DNA of 51,505 nucleotides from an uncultured Candidatus Saccharibacteria bacterium (GCA_964373675.1 CAYJVO010000003.1:1-51505), one strand, 5' to 3'. Numbered from the stretch's first letter, positions 18,044-26,820 are shown. The notes: generated by a model from the sequence alone, not told the origin. A program made the numbers and translations.

Positions 18044-18988
18044 TTATATCAATAATCTGTTTAGCGGTAACTTCTGGCATTTTGGGCAATAATGCGCTGA
18101 TCTGCCGCCTAATTTAATTCGCTTTATTTGAGTTCCGCATCTTTGACATGAGTCTCCTTCGCGCTGATAAACTAAACGTTCATCAGTATAGGCGCCGGGT
18201 TCGCCAGCTGTATCGCGGAAGTCGCTTGTTGAAGTGCCGCGAAGTTTTACGGCTTTTTTTAAAATCTCTCGCATCGCCTTATAAATCGCTTTTAGTTCCT
18301 GATCCTTTAATTTATTCGCCGACTTGAACGGATGTACTTTCGCTTTCCATAAAATATCGTCCGAATAAATATTACCAATGCCGGCAATCACCTGTTGATC
18401 CATTAATACTTGTTTAATTTTTCTTTTTTCTCCCCTTATTAAACTCATAAACTCAGCGACTGTTAAATTGGGCGAGAGCGCGTCCGACCCAAGATTTACT
18501 AACTCCGGCAAATTCTCAACCTCTTTAGTCCGCCCCAAAATGGCTTTCGCGAATTTCCGCAAATCGGAAAGCGCCAGCATCTTCCCGTTATCCAGATAAA
18601 AAATGAGGTGAATATATTTATTATATGGGTCCTCAACGGCCGCCTTCGGCTCTAGCGGAATAACCTGACACCTGACACCTGACACCTGACACTTGACGCT
18701 CCACTTTCCAACAAGCATATGCCCGGTCATCTTTTGGTGGATTAAAAGAAGCTTATCGCCGGACAGATAAATTAAGATGTTTTTCCCTCGCCGCTCAACA
18801 TTAATAATTTTTGATCCCCGAATTGCCTTTTCAAATTCTTTAACATGCGCGTGCTTCCTTGCCCGCCATTGATCTAACGGATCTTTAATTCCTTTTGGCC
18901 AATCCGACCAAACACCAACGATCCGCCGCCCTACTACTTTGTGGTTTAAATCGTTAACCACAGTTTGAACTTCCGGTAATTCTGGCAT
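18044..18988 (-). CDS. mutM: Formamidopyrimidine-DNA glycosylase
   Basis: MPELPEV, RRGK, H.KMTG, GIGNIYSD, C-terminal CQRC...CPKCQ zinc finger. Confidence 0.97.
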   Translation of the reverse strand: MPELPEVQTVVNDLNHKVVGRRIVGVWSDWPKGIKDPLDQWRARKHAHVKEFEKAIRGSKIINVERRGKNILIYLSGDKLLLIHQKMTGHMLVGKWSVKCQVSGVRCQVIPLEPKAAVEDPYNKYIHLIFYLDNGKMLALSDLRKFAKAILGRTKEVENLPELVNLGSDALSPNLTVAEFMSLIRGEKRKIKQVLMDQQVIAGIGNIYSDDILWKAKVHPFKSANKLKDQELKAIYKAMREILKKAVKLRGTSTSDFRDTAGEPGAYTDERLVYQREGDSCQRCGTQIKRIKLGGRSAHYCPKCQKLPLNRLLI

Positions 18989-18995
18989 GCGGATT

Positions 18996-20333
18996 TTAGT
19001 GTTTTTCTAAATTCCCCCAATTTTCTCCGTAAGAAAAATCCACCTTCAAAAACACGGATAAATTATAAACCCCTTCCATAATTTCTTTAATTCTGGGTGC
19101 AACTTCTGTTAACAAATCCTTTTTGATTTCAAAAAGAAGTTCGTCGTGGATAGACAAAAGAAGCCGCGCTTCTTTTTGCCAGATTTTTCCCTGTTTTAGA
19201 AAATCTGTCACTTGGATCATTGCTAGTTTTATAATATCCGCCGCCAACCCCTGAATCGGCATATTGATCGCCGCCCGCTCAGCTTCCGCCGCCACCCGCC
19301 GATTTTCCGAAACGATGGCCGGCAGCCAACGCTTGCGGCCGTTCAAATTCTCCACATATCCAACCTCCCTTGCCTTATTAATCGTTTTTTCCTGCCAACG
19401 TTTTACTTCTGCAAAATCACTAAAATACTCGGCAATAAAATTCTCCGCCTCTTCACGGCTTAAACCTGTATTGCGAGCAAAAGCATCTGGCCCCATACCG
19501 TAAATAACGCCAAAATTCAAAGTTTTGGCAAAATGCCGTTGTTCTTTGGTAACTCTTTCCACCGGCATGTTAAAAACGTTAGCCGCCGTGATAGCGTGAA
19601 TGTCCAAATCTTTTTTGAATGCCTCAATCATTTTTGGATCCTTCGTCACTGAAGCAAGCACCCGCAATTCAATTTGGGAATAATCAAAAGAAACCAGAAG
19701 ATAGCTCTTTTCGGCGACAAAAACTTCCCGCACGCTTGGCGGCACATTCTGCAAATTGGGGTTTTGCGAGCTCAAACGGCCGGTGGCCGTACCGGTCTGC
19801 AAAAATTCCGTATGAATTCGGTTTCCTTTGTCCGTAGCGGCAAGTTCCTTCAGTGGTTCAATATAAGTTGATTTAATTTTAAAAAGCTCGCGGTATTTTA
19901 AAATTTTCTCTACTGCTGGATGGCGGTCCTTGATTTTCATCAACGCCTCCGCGTCCGTGGAAAATGAACCGGTTTTTCTTTTGGGGATGCCGCGAGTGTC
20001 TATTTTTAATTTCTCAAACAAAACTTCCGAAAGCTGTTTTGGCGAATTTAAATTAAATGGGAAACCAGCCAAGTCGTAAATTTTCTTCTCCAAACCAGCT
20101 AATTCTTTTGCCAAATCTTTGGACATCTTTTTCAAAAGCTTCGGGTCGGCCTTAATGCCGGTCTTCCGCATTTCTTCCAAAATCGGGATTAGCGGCAGTT
20201 CAATCTCGCGATAAATTTTTTCCAGCCCTTCTTCTTTCAATTTCTTCTCCAAAACTTCCGGCGAATCAGCCTTAACCAGGCCCGGCGCATCGGAATTCAA
20301 AAGCCATCGCGCGATTTCTATTTTAGTTATCAT
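18996..20333 (-). CDS. polA: DNA polymerase I, polymerase domain only
   Basis: TGRLSSQNPNLQN, DYSQIELR, AK.LNFG..YG, N.PIQG.AAD, HDEL. Confidence 0.93.
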   Translation of the reverse strand: MITKIEIARWLLNSDAPGLVKADSPEVLEKKLKEEGLEKIYREIELPLIPILEEMRKTGIKADPKLLKKMSKDLAKELAGLEKKIYDLAGFPFNLNSPKQLSEVLFEKLKIDTRGIPKRKTGSFSTDAEALMKIKDRHPAVEKILKYRELFKIKSTYIEPLKELAATDKGNRIHTEFLQTGTATGRLSSQNPNLQNVPPSVREVFVAEKSYLLVSFDYSQIELRVLASVTKDPKMIEAFKKDLDIHAITAANVFNMPVERVTKEQRHFAKTLNFGVIYGMGPDAFARNTGLSREEAENFIAEYFSDFAEVKRWQEKTINKAREVGYVENLNGRKRWLPAIVSENRRVAAEAERAAINMPIQGLAADIIKLAMIQVTDFLKQGKIWQKEARLLLSIHDELLFEIKKDLLTEVAPRIKEIMEGVYNLSVFLKVDFSYGENWGNLEKH

Positions 20334-20352
20334 TACTCGCTTGATCTTGCGT

Positions 20353-20372
20353 CGTTTTGACGCGTCAAAACG
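20353..20372. repeat. Perfect 20-bp palindrome CGTTTTGACGCGTCAAAACG, downstream of TrpR-like paralog 2
   Basis: Read directly; 6 nt beyond the stop at 20379. Confidence 0.9.
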
Positions 20373-20378
20373 TTCCAG

Positions 20379-20843
20379 TTATGCGCGGCCGTTTTTAAGG
20401 CCCATTCCCGAGGGCCTGGGCGGATTTTTAAAAATTTCCCAAATATCAATATCGCCCAACAATTCTTCAAAAAGCGGCTTCTTACTTACGGTAATTGGTA
20501 AGGCCTTCTCCTTTTTAAGTTTTTTGAAGAAACGCTGGCTTCTGTAAATACCGGGGCTATTAAAAAAATTCTTTTTAAGAGCGCTGATGGTCGCTGGCGA
20601 CATCCACAAAATCCGACTAATTTCTCTGGGTCCTTTACCAGAACGCATCAATGCCACCGCCGCCAATCTTTTGGTTATTATTGATTTCTCGTACTCGCTA
20701 AACAACACATCAATAATCCTGCCTGTTTCTTGTTTGGTTTTAGTTCGGGCCAATTTTTCTAAAAATCTGTTCCACAAAAATTCCCGCCATTCAATCCTGT
20801 GTCGGCTCTGAAAATCTTCAACTTTTTCATTGGTTTTATTCAT
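20379..20843 (-). CDS. TrpR-like (YerC/YecD) HTH protein, paralog 2
   Basis: Aligns by eye with paralog 1 (HR.EW, SE.EK.II, SP.TIS, NPPRP.G.GLKN); ATG 20843 preferred. Confidence 0.8.
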   Translation of the reverse strand: MNKTNEKVEDFQSRHRIEWREFLWNRFLEKLARTKTKQETGRIIDVLFSEYEKSIITKRLAAVALMRSGKGPREISRILWMSPATISALKKNFFNSPGIYRSQRFFKKLKKEKALPITVSKKPLFEELLGDIDIWEIFKNPPRPSGMGLKNGRA

Positions 20844-20862
20844 AGTTATAACATTATACATC

Positions 20863-20886
20863 ACCGTTTTGACGCGTCAAAACGGT
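20863..20886. promoter_or_regulatory. Perfect 24-bp palindrome upstream of TATAAT (candidate operator or cassette end)
   Basis: ACCGTTTTGACGCGTCAAAACGGT; minus-strand TATAAT at 20858-20853. Confidence 0.75.
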
Positions 20887-20913
20887 AGTTAAAAAATTGG
20901 GAACGGTCCCCCC

Positions 20914-21816
20914 TCATTTATTTAGACGCTCCAACAGACTCTTAAAACCCAATTTTTGGAAATATTCCGCCAATTTTTCTTTATTCAGCTCCCCCGCCGA
21001 AAGCGAAGCGAGATCGCTGACGGCGATTGGGGCGTCGCGGCGGATGAAGGCTAGTTTTTTGGACATTAAAGCGATTTCTTTTTGCCCTTCCAGTTTTTTG
21101 GAAATTTTTTCCGGAATGATGCCAATGCTCGCGAAAACTTCTTCAAGGTTGCCGTATTCTTTTAAAAGCGGCTGGGCGGTTTTAGGCCCCACTCCCTTGA
21201 TGCCCGGGATGTTGTCGGAAACATCCCCCACCATTCCTTTGTAGTCCGCAAGCTGATTCGGTTTGAGTCCATACTTTTCTTCTACTCCTTTTTCGTCATA
21301 AATTACGGTTTCGGAAAGGCCAGTTTTTACAATTTGAGCCAATACTTTTTCATCGCGCACGAGCTGCAGCAAATCATTATCGCCAGAGAGAATCACTACT
21401 TTTAAATCCGAGCCATCTTGTGGTGAGCCTGTCGAACCACCAAATTGCTCCGCAAGCGTCCCGATAATATCGTCGGCTTCAAAACCCGGCACGTCAAAAG
21501 TTTTGACACCAAATGCCTCAAAAACATCTCGGGCCTTAATAATTTGCGGCACTAAATCATCGGCAGTCGGCGGCCGGTGAATTTTGTATTCTTTGAAAAT
21601 TTCATCGCGAAAAGTCGGCTCGGGACGGTCAAACGCGGCGGCGGCATAATCAGGTTTTTGTTCACGAAAAACTTTCAACAAAATTCCGCAAAGTCCGTAA
21701 ATCGCCCCGATCGGCTGGCCATCCGGCGTCGTCAAAGGCGGAAGCGCGTGAAAAAACCGATGAATCAACGCATTGGCGTCAATAAGTAATAAAACGTTCG
21801 TTTTCTTTTCTGCCAT
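20914..21816 (-). CDS. 5'-3' exonuclease (stand-alone PolA N-terminal domain)
   Basis: LIDANALIHR, AFD, EADDIIG, SGDND, GD.SDNIPGIKGVGPKTA. Confidence 0.93.
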   Translation of the reverse strand: MAEKKTNVLLLIDANALIHRFFHALPPLTTPDGQPIGAIYGLCGILLKVFREQKPDYAAAAFDRPEPTFRDEIFKEYKIHRPPTADDLVPQIIKARDVFEAFGVKTFDVPGFEADDIIGTLAEQFGGSTGSPQDGSDLKVVILSGDNDLLQLVRDEKVLAQIVKTGLSETVIYDEKGVEEKYGLKPNQLADYKGMVGDVSDNIPGIKGVGPKTAQPLLKEYGNLEEVFASIGIIPEKISKKLEGQKEIALMSKKLAFIRRDAPIAVSDLASLSAGELNKEKLAEYFQKLGFKSLLERLNK

Positions 21817-22276
21817 GACTAAAGTTTACCCAAATTGTGTCTTTTGGTAAAAGTTTTTTTATTTTCTCTCCCCACTCAATTAGCACAATGTTAAATGGAT
21901 AATGTAAAATGGATTTAAAATTTAAAACGTCTAATTCCTTAATGTTGTGAATTCTGTATAAATCAACATGATAAAAGTTTTGTATTTTATCCCGATACTT
22001 GATACTTGATACTTGATGCTTGATGCTTGATGCTTGATACCTTCTAAATATAAGGAATGTCGGGCTGACTATCCGATGTTTTATACCAAGCGCTTTTGCA
22101 AACCCCTGAACAAAAGTGGTTTTACCGGCGCCAAGATCGCCGCTCAGGGCAACAACAGTGGCATATCGCATGCCTGCCTGTCCGGTAGGCAGGTCGCTTT
22201 TTACATTTAACAAACGCTTAGCAAGCTTGGCCGCTACCCGTTTGGTTTGCGCGGCGCTTCTTGAAACAAACCTCAT
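21779..22276 (-). CDS. tsaE: tRNA threonylcarbamoyladenosine biosynthesis ATPase TsaE
   Basis: GDLGAGKTT, SPTF, HVDLYR, IEW. Confidence 0.95.
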   Translation of the reverse strand: MRFVSRSAAQTKRVAAKLAKRLLNVKSDLPTGQAGMRYATVVALSGDLGAGKTTFVQGFAKALGIKHRIVSPTFLIFRRYQASSIKHQVSSIKYRDKIQNFYHVDLYRIHNIKELDVLNFKSILHYPFNIVLIEWGEKIKKLLPKDTIWVNFSHGRKENERFITY

Positions 22277-22277
22277 G

Positions 22278-23279
22278 CTAAATCAACATCCCTTCCGGCG
22301 GCTGAATCCCAAGGTGTTTGTACGCCGCTTCGGTTACCATGCGGCCAGCGGGCGTGCGGGCCAAAAAACCGATACTCATCAAATATGGCTCGTAAATATC
22401 CTCAACATTGCCGCGCTCGTCGTTGAGCGCCGCCGCCAGCGTCGCCGCTCCCACCGGACCGCCTTTAAATTTTTTAATAATTACCTCCAAAAGCCGGCGG
22501 TCTTGCGGTTCCAATCCCAAATCGTCAATTTCCAGCATTTCCAAAGTTTTGCCTGCTGTCTCTGCAGTAATAACCGGCAAAGAGCTGACTTCGGCGTAAT
22601 CTCTGACGCGCTTAAGCAAACGGTTGGCCACCCGCGGAGTAAAACGAGAAGCTTTAGCAAGAATTTTTATAGCCGCCGGCTCAATTTTAATTCCCAAAAC
22701 ATCGGCGGAACGCTTTAGAATCGCCTCAATATCATCCAGCTCGTAATAATCTAATTTAAAAGAGGCGCCAAAACGAGAACGCAATGGCCCAGAAAGCAAA
22801 TTTGCCCGAGTGGTTGCGGCAATCAAAGTGAAAGCCGGCAAGTCCAGCGCTAAACTCCGCGCCGCTGGCCCTTTGCCAATCATAATGTGAAGCTTGCGGC
22901 TTTCCATTGCAGGATACAAAACTTCTTCAATCATCCGATTCAACCGGTGCGCTTCATCAATGAACAAAATGTCTTTTTCTTCAAGGTTGGTCAATACTGC
23001 TGCCAAATCGCCTGCCTTTTCCAATGCCGGACCGGAGGTAACCTTTAAATTGGCGTTTAATTCTTTAGCGACCAAATGCGCCAAAGTAGTCTTGCCAAGT
23101 CCGGCCTGGCCATAGAATAATAGATGGTCGCAGGCCTCTTGACGTTTTTTGGCCGCTTCTAAAATAATTTTTAGGTTGCGCTTGATCTTTTCCTGACCAA
23201 CATATTCCTTCCAGCTGGTCGGCCGCAGGACTTGATCAACGGTTAAATCATCTTTAGATTGACTTGACATTTTAATCAT
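22278..23279 (-). CDS. ruvB: Holliday junction helicase RuvB
   Basis: LRP, GQAGLGKTT, FIDEAHR, ATTR, RF, TPRVANRLL, EPYL. Confidence 0.97.
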   Translation of the reverse strand: MIKMSSQSKDDLTVDQVLRPTSWKEYVGQEKIKRNLKIILEAAKKRQEACDHLLFYGQAGLGKTTLAHLVAKELNANLKVTSGPALEKAGDLAAVLTNLEEKDILFIDEAHRLNRMIEEVLYPAMESRKLHIMIGKGPAARSLALDLPAFTLIAATTRANLLSGPLRSRFGASFKLDYYELDDIEAILKRSADVLGIKIEPAAIKILAKASRFTPRVANRLLKRVRDYAEVSSLPVITAETAGKTLEMLEIDDLGLEPQDRRLLEVIIKKFKGGPVGAATLAAALNDERGNVEDIYEPYLMSIGFLARTPAGRMVTEAAYKHLGIQPPEGMLI

Positions 23280-23299
23280 AATATGCTAACATTCTCGCA

Positions 23300-23460
23300 G
23301 AAATCATTAACCAGTGGGCAAAAGAACTTCTTTTAGATATTTAGGATAGTTTGGCTCAGGCTGGACTACTCCTCTGGGGAGTTCCAACCTCTTTTAAAAT
23401 TTTTAGAAGAGTCCCATTTCCCCCGCCGAAAGGCGGACTTGCCCACTGATCAATGATTTC
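23300..23460 (-). ncRNA. Candidate structured RNA (161 nt), family unassigned
   Basis: Ends pair over about 22 nt (continuous with two G-U pairs on the minus strand); several internal hairpins. Confidence 0.4.
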
Positions 23461-25160
23461 TACCAACTTATCGGCCCTGTCGCGCTCTCCACTTCTTCAA
23501 AAGTAGTAAGCCCGGAAATAACTTTTAAAATTCCGTCCTGTTGCAAAGTTACTATTCCTTGCTTCAAACCTTGATGCTGAATTGCCGCCTCCGTAACTTG
23601 CGCCGTAATCAGCTCTTCCATTTCGTCGCCGATCCCCAATAGCTCAAAAATTGCGATCCGACCTTTATAACCCAGGTTTCCACACTGAGAACATCCTTTG
23701 GCTTTAAAAATTTTAATATCTTTAGAACCTTCTTTTTTCGCTCGGTCTGGCAGATTTTTAACCAATTTCTCAATGTTACGCTTTAAATCCGCGCTCATCC
23801 TTTGAGAAATTTTGCAGTTTTCGCAAAGCCGCCGCACCAACCGCTGGGCGATCACTAAATTAAGCGCCGGACCGATGCTGGCCGGCTTCACCTTCAAGTC
23901 CAGCAGGCGAGGGACTGCTCCGGCCGCCGAATTAGCGTGCACTGTAGAAAAAACCAAATGTCCGGTCAAAGACGCCTGAATGGCTATTCCCGCGGTTTCC
24001 TGATCCCGAACTTCACCAACTAAAATCACATCCGGATCCTGACGCATAATAGACCGCAAGCCGTTAGCAAAGGTATAACCGGCGTCCTCAGCTACTTGAG
24101 TTTGCTCAATATCCTCTAAATGATATTCAATCGGATCTTCAATGGTAATAATTTTTATTTCCGGCGTTCTTTTGTGCAGCAAAAAAGCATACAAAGTGGT
24201 CGTCTTTCCTGAACCAGTGGGGCCGGTGTTGAGAATCATGCCGTTGGGAGACTTTAATTCCCGTTCAATAATTTCCAAGTCGTCTGAGCGTAAACCGAGT
24301 TCGTTAAGTTTTAATTGAATGGTTTTTGGATCCAAAACGCGCATTACAATCGTCTCGCCAAACTCAGAAGGAATAATCGAAACCCGCATCTCAATTTCCC
24401 GATCCGCTAAAGCAATGCTGAACCGGCCGTCCTGCGGCTGATCATGAACATTCAGCTTTAAATTGGAAAGAAGTTTAATTCGCGAATCAATATGTTCATA
24501 AATTTCTTTAGCAAGGTCTGGCACAACATCATACAACAAGCCATCAATCCGAAAACGCAAACGCACGCCTTTTTCTTCAGTTTCAAAATGAATATCCGAA
24601 GTCCGATTGCTAAGCGCTCCGGCCAGCACAATTTCTAAAAGTTGGGCGGTGGAAAGAGTCTTAAAGTCAAAATCCTCAATTTCTTTTTTAACTTTTTTTA
24701 AATCTGTAAGTTTTTTATAAAGCTTATCAAAACGATCCCGTTCAATGCTGACTTTTCCGGTTATTGCTTCGGTTTTTTTGGAAACGAACTTATAATTGGC
24801 CCAAACTTGTTCTAAGGAACTAAGTGAGGCGATAAAAACTTTAATCCGATACCCCTGCGTTTCCCAGTCTTTGAGAAGTTTTTTTACTTTGGAATCTTCC
24901 AGATCAAAAACCGCTACCGCCGCATTTTTGGCTCTTAATTGAAAAGGCGCGACCCTAAATTGGCGCGCCTCTTTTTCATCTAATAATTTTAAGGCATCCA
25001 CTTGAACCGGTTTGCCAGCAGCGCTGAAATAATCCAATCCAAGAACCGAAGCTTTTCTCTGCGCTTCTCTTTCCTCGCTCTCGCGGCGAAATTTTGGGAG
25101 TAAATCCGATCTGTCCTGAGCCATTAATTTGATGGTAGCCAAATACTCTTTAAATAGCAA
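23460..25160 (-). CDS. GspE/PilB family type IV pilus assembly ATPase
   Basis: SDIHFE, RFRIDG, PQDGR, GPTGSGKTT, TIEDPIEY, RQDPD.I.VGEVRD, TGHLV.ST.H, CENC..CSQC. Confidence 0.93.
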   Translation of the reverse strand: MLFKEYLATIKLMAQDRSDLLPKFRRESEEREAQRKASVLGLDYFSAAGKPVQVDALKLLDEKEARQFRVAPFQLRAKNAAVAVFDLEDSKVKKLLKDWETQGYRIKVFIASLSSLEQVWANYKFVSKKTEAITGKVSIERDRFDKLYKKLTDLKKVKKEIEDFDFKTLSTAQLLEIVLAGALSNRTSDIHFETEEKGVRLRFRIDGLLYDVVPDLAKEIYEHIDSRIKLLSNLKLNVHDQPQDGRFSIALADREIEMRVSIIPSEFGETIVMRVLDPKTIQLKLNELGLRSDDLEIIERELKSPNGMILNTGPTGSGKTTTLYAFLLHKRTPEIKIITIEDPIEYHLEDIEQTQVAEDAGYTFANGLRSIMRQDPDVILVGEVRDQETAGIAIQASLTGHLVFSTVHANSAAGAVPRLLDLKVKPASIGPALNLVIAQRLVRRLCENCKISQRMSADLKRNIEKLVKNLPDRAKKEGSKDIKIFKAKGCSQCGNLGYKGRIAIFELLGIGDEMEELITAQVTEAAIQHQGLKQGIVTLQQDGILKVISGLTTFEEVESATGPISW

Positions 25161-25187
25161 GAACCTATCTCAAAAAATCTTTGGGAT

Positions 25188-25216
25188 TTGACATTTCCAT
25201 TAATTTTTGATAAAAT
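25188..25216 (+). promoter_or_regulatory. Sigma70-type promoter
   Basis: TTGACA-17 nt-TAAAAT upstream of ORF 25241. Confidence 0.7.
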
Positions 25217-25240
25217 AAAACAGCATTTTGAAGGTGGATA

Positions 25241-25639
25241 ATGAAAAAAATTGCCGGTCCGGCATTGCTGTTCCTGACAGGGTGCGGCTGGATTGAAATC
25301 CGGGGCAATTTGCCGGGACTTTCCTATCATGTCTTAGAAGTCGTCAATAAAAGCGACTATGAGCTGGAGATAACCGCCAGCGGCGAGCGCGTCAGGTTTG
25401 AATCCGAAAACGAAACCAGCGAACGCCTGCTCCCAACCCAGACGGGAGTAATCCGTTTCCGATCTTTTTCCCAATACGGAAGCGATGCCAGCGTCGCCAT
25501 CAAGGCCTGGAAAAAGGGACGGCTGGTGGAAGCAATTTCCGGCAAGGTTTATGTCCACGCCTATGGGTCGCATTCTTCGGTCTGGATAGTGAGAAATGAG
25601 GACTTTAACCGCCAGAATATCTGGCGATTGCCCTGGTAA
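25241..25639 (+). CDS. Putative lipoprotein
   Basis: MKKIAGPALLFLTG|C lipobox; own promoter and a terminator-like hairpin (GCCCTGG-taaa-CCCAGGGC, 25630-25648). Confidence 0.7.
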   Translation: MKKIAGPALLFLTGCGWIEIRGNLPGLSYHVLEVVNKSDYELEITASGERVRFESENETSERLLPTQTGVIRFRSFSQYGSDASVAIKAWKKGRLVEAISGKVYVHAYGSHSSVWIVRNEDFNRQNIWRLPW

Positions 25640-25667
25640 ACCCAGGGCATTTTTATTCTCCTTCGCC

Positions 25668-25908
25668 GAAAACCCCGGGCGGCCTACTCCGCCGAAGTAG
25701 CTCCGGCTACGAAGGCTGGATAAGCCCGCGGGATGAAGGCAAGGAGAACCCTTCCGTAGCTCCGCCTTGCGGAGCGAAGGAGGGTTTTGGCTTCGGAAGA
25801 ATTCCGCTAAGAAACCACGGCCGCCACGCCCCGCCAAAAGCGTGGGGCTCCGCCGAGTCTGACTCGGCTCCGCTTCCAGCGGGGCCAAGGGTAAGGCCGG
25901 GGAGTTTC
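25668..25908. repeat. GC-rich structured intergenic segment with nested REP-like hairpins (possible ncRNA)
   Basis: Ends pair (AAACCCCGG / CCGGGGAGTTT); internal hairpins at 25749-25784, 25852-25868 and others. Confidence 0.6.
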
Positions 25909-25927
25909 ATTTGAAACGACAAGCTAA

Positions 25928-26198
25928 AAACCTATCTCAAAAATACTCCCAAGCCGCGTTGCGAGAAATTTTCTCGTCCCGCTGCGTTGCTCCTCGTCAA
26001 TGTAGTTAAAACTACAATTTCCTCTTCGCGCCTTGCAGGGACGAGAAAATTTCCGCAACCCTTCGGGATACTGCCAATTTTGCCTATCGCGGCGTCGCTC
26101 CTTCTCTGAGTATCGCAAAGGATACACCTTCGTCGTCGCTCCTTGCGCTAGAAAAAATTGACTAGTATCGCGGCCGGGAGTATTTTTGAGATAGATTC
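25928..26198. mobile_element. MITE-like element, copy 1
   Basis: 19-bp perfect inverted repeat CTATCTCAAAAATACTCCC (25932-25950 / 26176-26194); no credible ORF; subterminal similarity to copy 2. Confidence 0.75.
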
Positions 26199-26209
26199 AA
26201 GCTAAAGCT

Positions 26210-26764
26210 ATGGCCGGACATAGTCATTGGAAACAAATCAAAGCGCAAAAAGGCGCGGCGGATAAAAAGAAAAGCGCGGTTTTTTCAAAACTCTTAAATG
26301 CCATTTCCGTAGCGGCGCGACAAGAATCTAATCCGGCATTTAATCCGCGCCTGCGTTCAGCAATGGAAAAAGCCAAAGACAATAAAATTCCGCAAGAAAA
26401 CATAGAGCGAGCCATCGGCAAGGCATCGAAAAATAAAAACTTGGAAGAAATCATTATTGAAGCTTACGGTCCGGAAAAAACGGCCTTGATTATTGAAGCG
26501 ATAACTGACAATAAAAACCGGACTATTGCGGAAATCCGGCATCTTTTAGACGCAAATAAGGCAAAGATGGCCGATCCAGGAAGCGTTTTATGGGCTTTTG
26601 ATCCGCCAGCCCCGCAGACTACGAAGCAAACTAGTGGAGGCGGAGAGTGGAAAGCCAAATTTCCTCAGCAAATATCCGACGAAGGAAAAAGGAAGTTGCA
26701 AATAATTATAGAAAAACTGGAAGAACATAATGATGTGCAATGCGTTATAACAAATAGCCAATAG
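26210..26764 (+). CDS. yebC: YebC/PmpR family protein (short form)
   Basis: MAGHSHWKQIK, NPRLR, AK.NKIP..NIERAI, YGP, TDNKNRT..EIR, LE..NDVQ.V. Confidence 0.92.
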   Translation: MAGHSHWKQIKAQKGAADKKKSAVFSKLLNAISVAARQESNPAFNPRLRSAMEKAKDNKIPQENIERAIGKASKNKNLEEIIIEAYGPEKTALIIEAITDNKNRTIAEIRHLLDANKAKMADPGSVLWAFDPPAPQTTKQTSGGGEWKAKFPQQISDEGKRKLQIIIEKLEEHNDVQCVITNSQ

Positions 26765-26820
26765 CCACTAGGGTTTAGCTAATAGGGTTGAAACCCTAAA
26801 ACCTAAACCCTAAACTCTAA

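Noticed and set aside
11400-20886. Palindromic repeats as a CRISPR array
   Set aside because: Only two copies of each, about 500 bp apart around a gene; no spacer periodicity and no cas genes.
23300-25908. RNase P RNA, SRP RNA or tmRNA for the two structured regions
   Set aside because: Signature motifs (GAGGAAAGTCC, CAGG..GGAA..AGCA, tRNA-like ends) were not found on either strand.
25334-26127. ORFs 25334-25888, 25707-25922 and 25924-26127
   Set aside because: They are open frames through GC-rich palindromes and the MITE, with no protein-like features.
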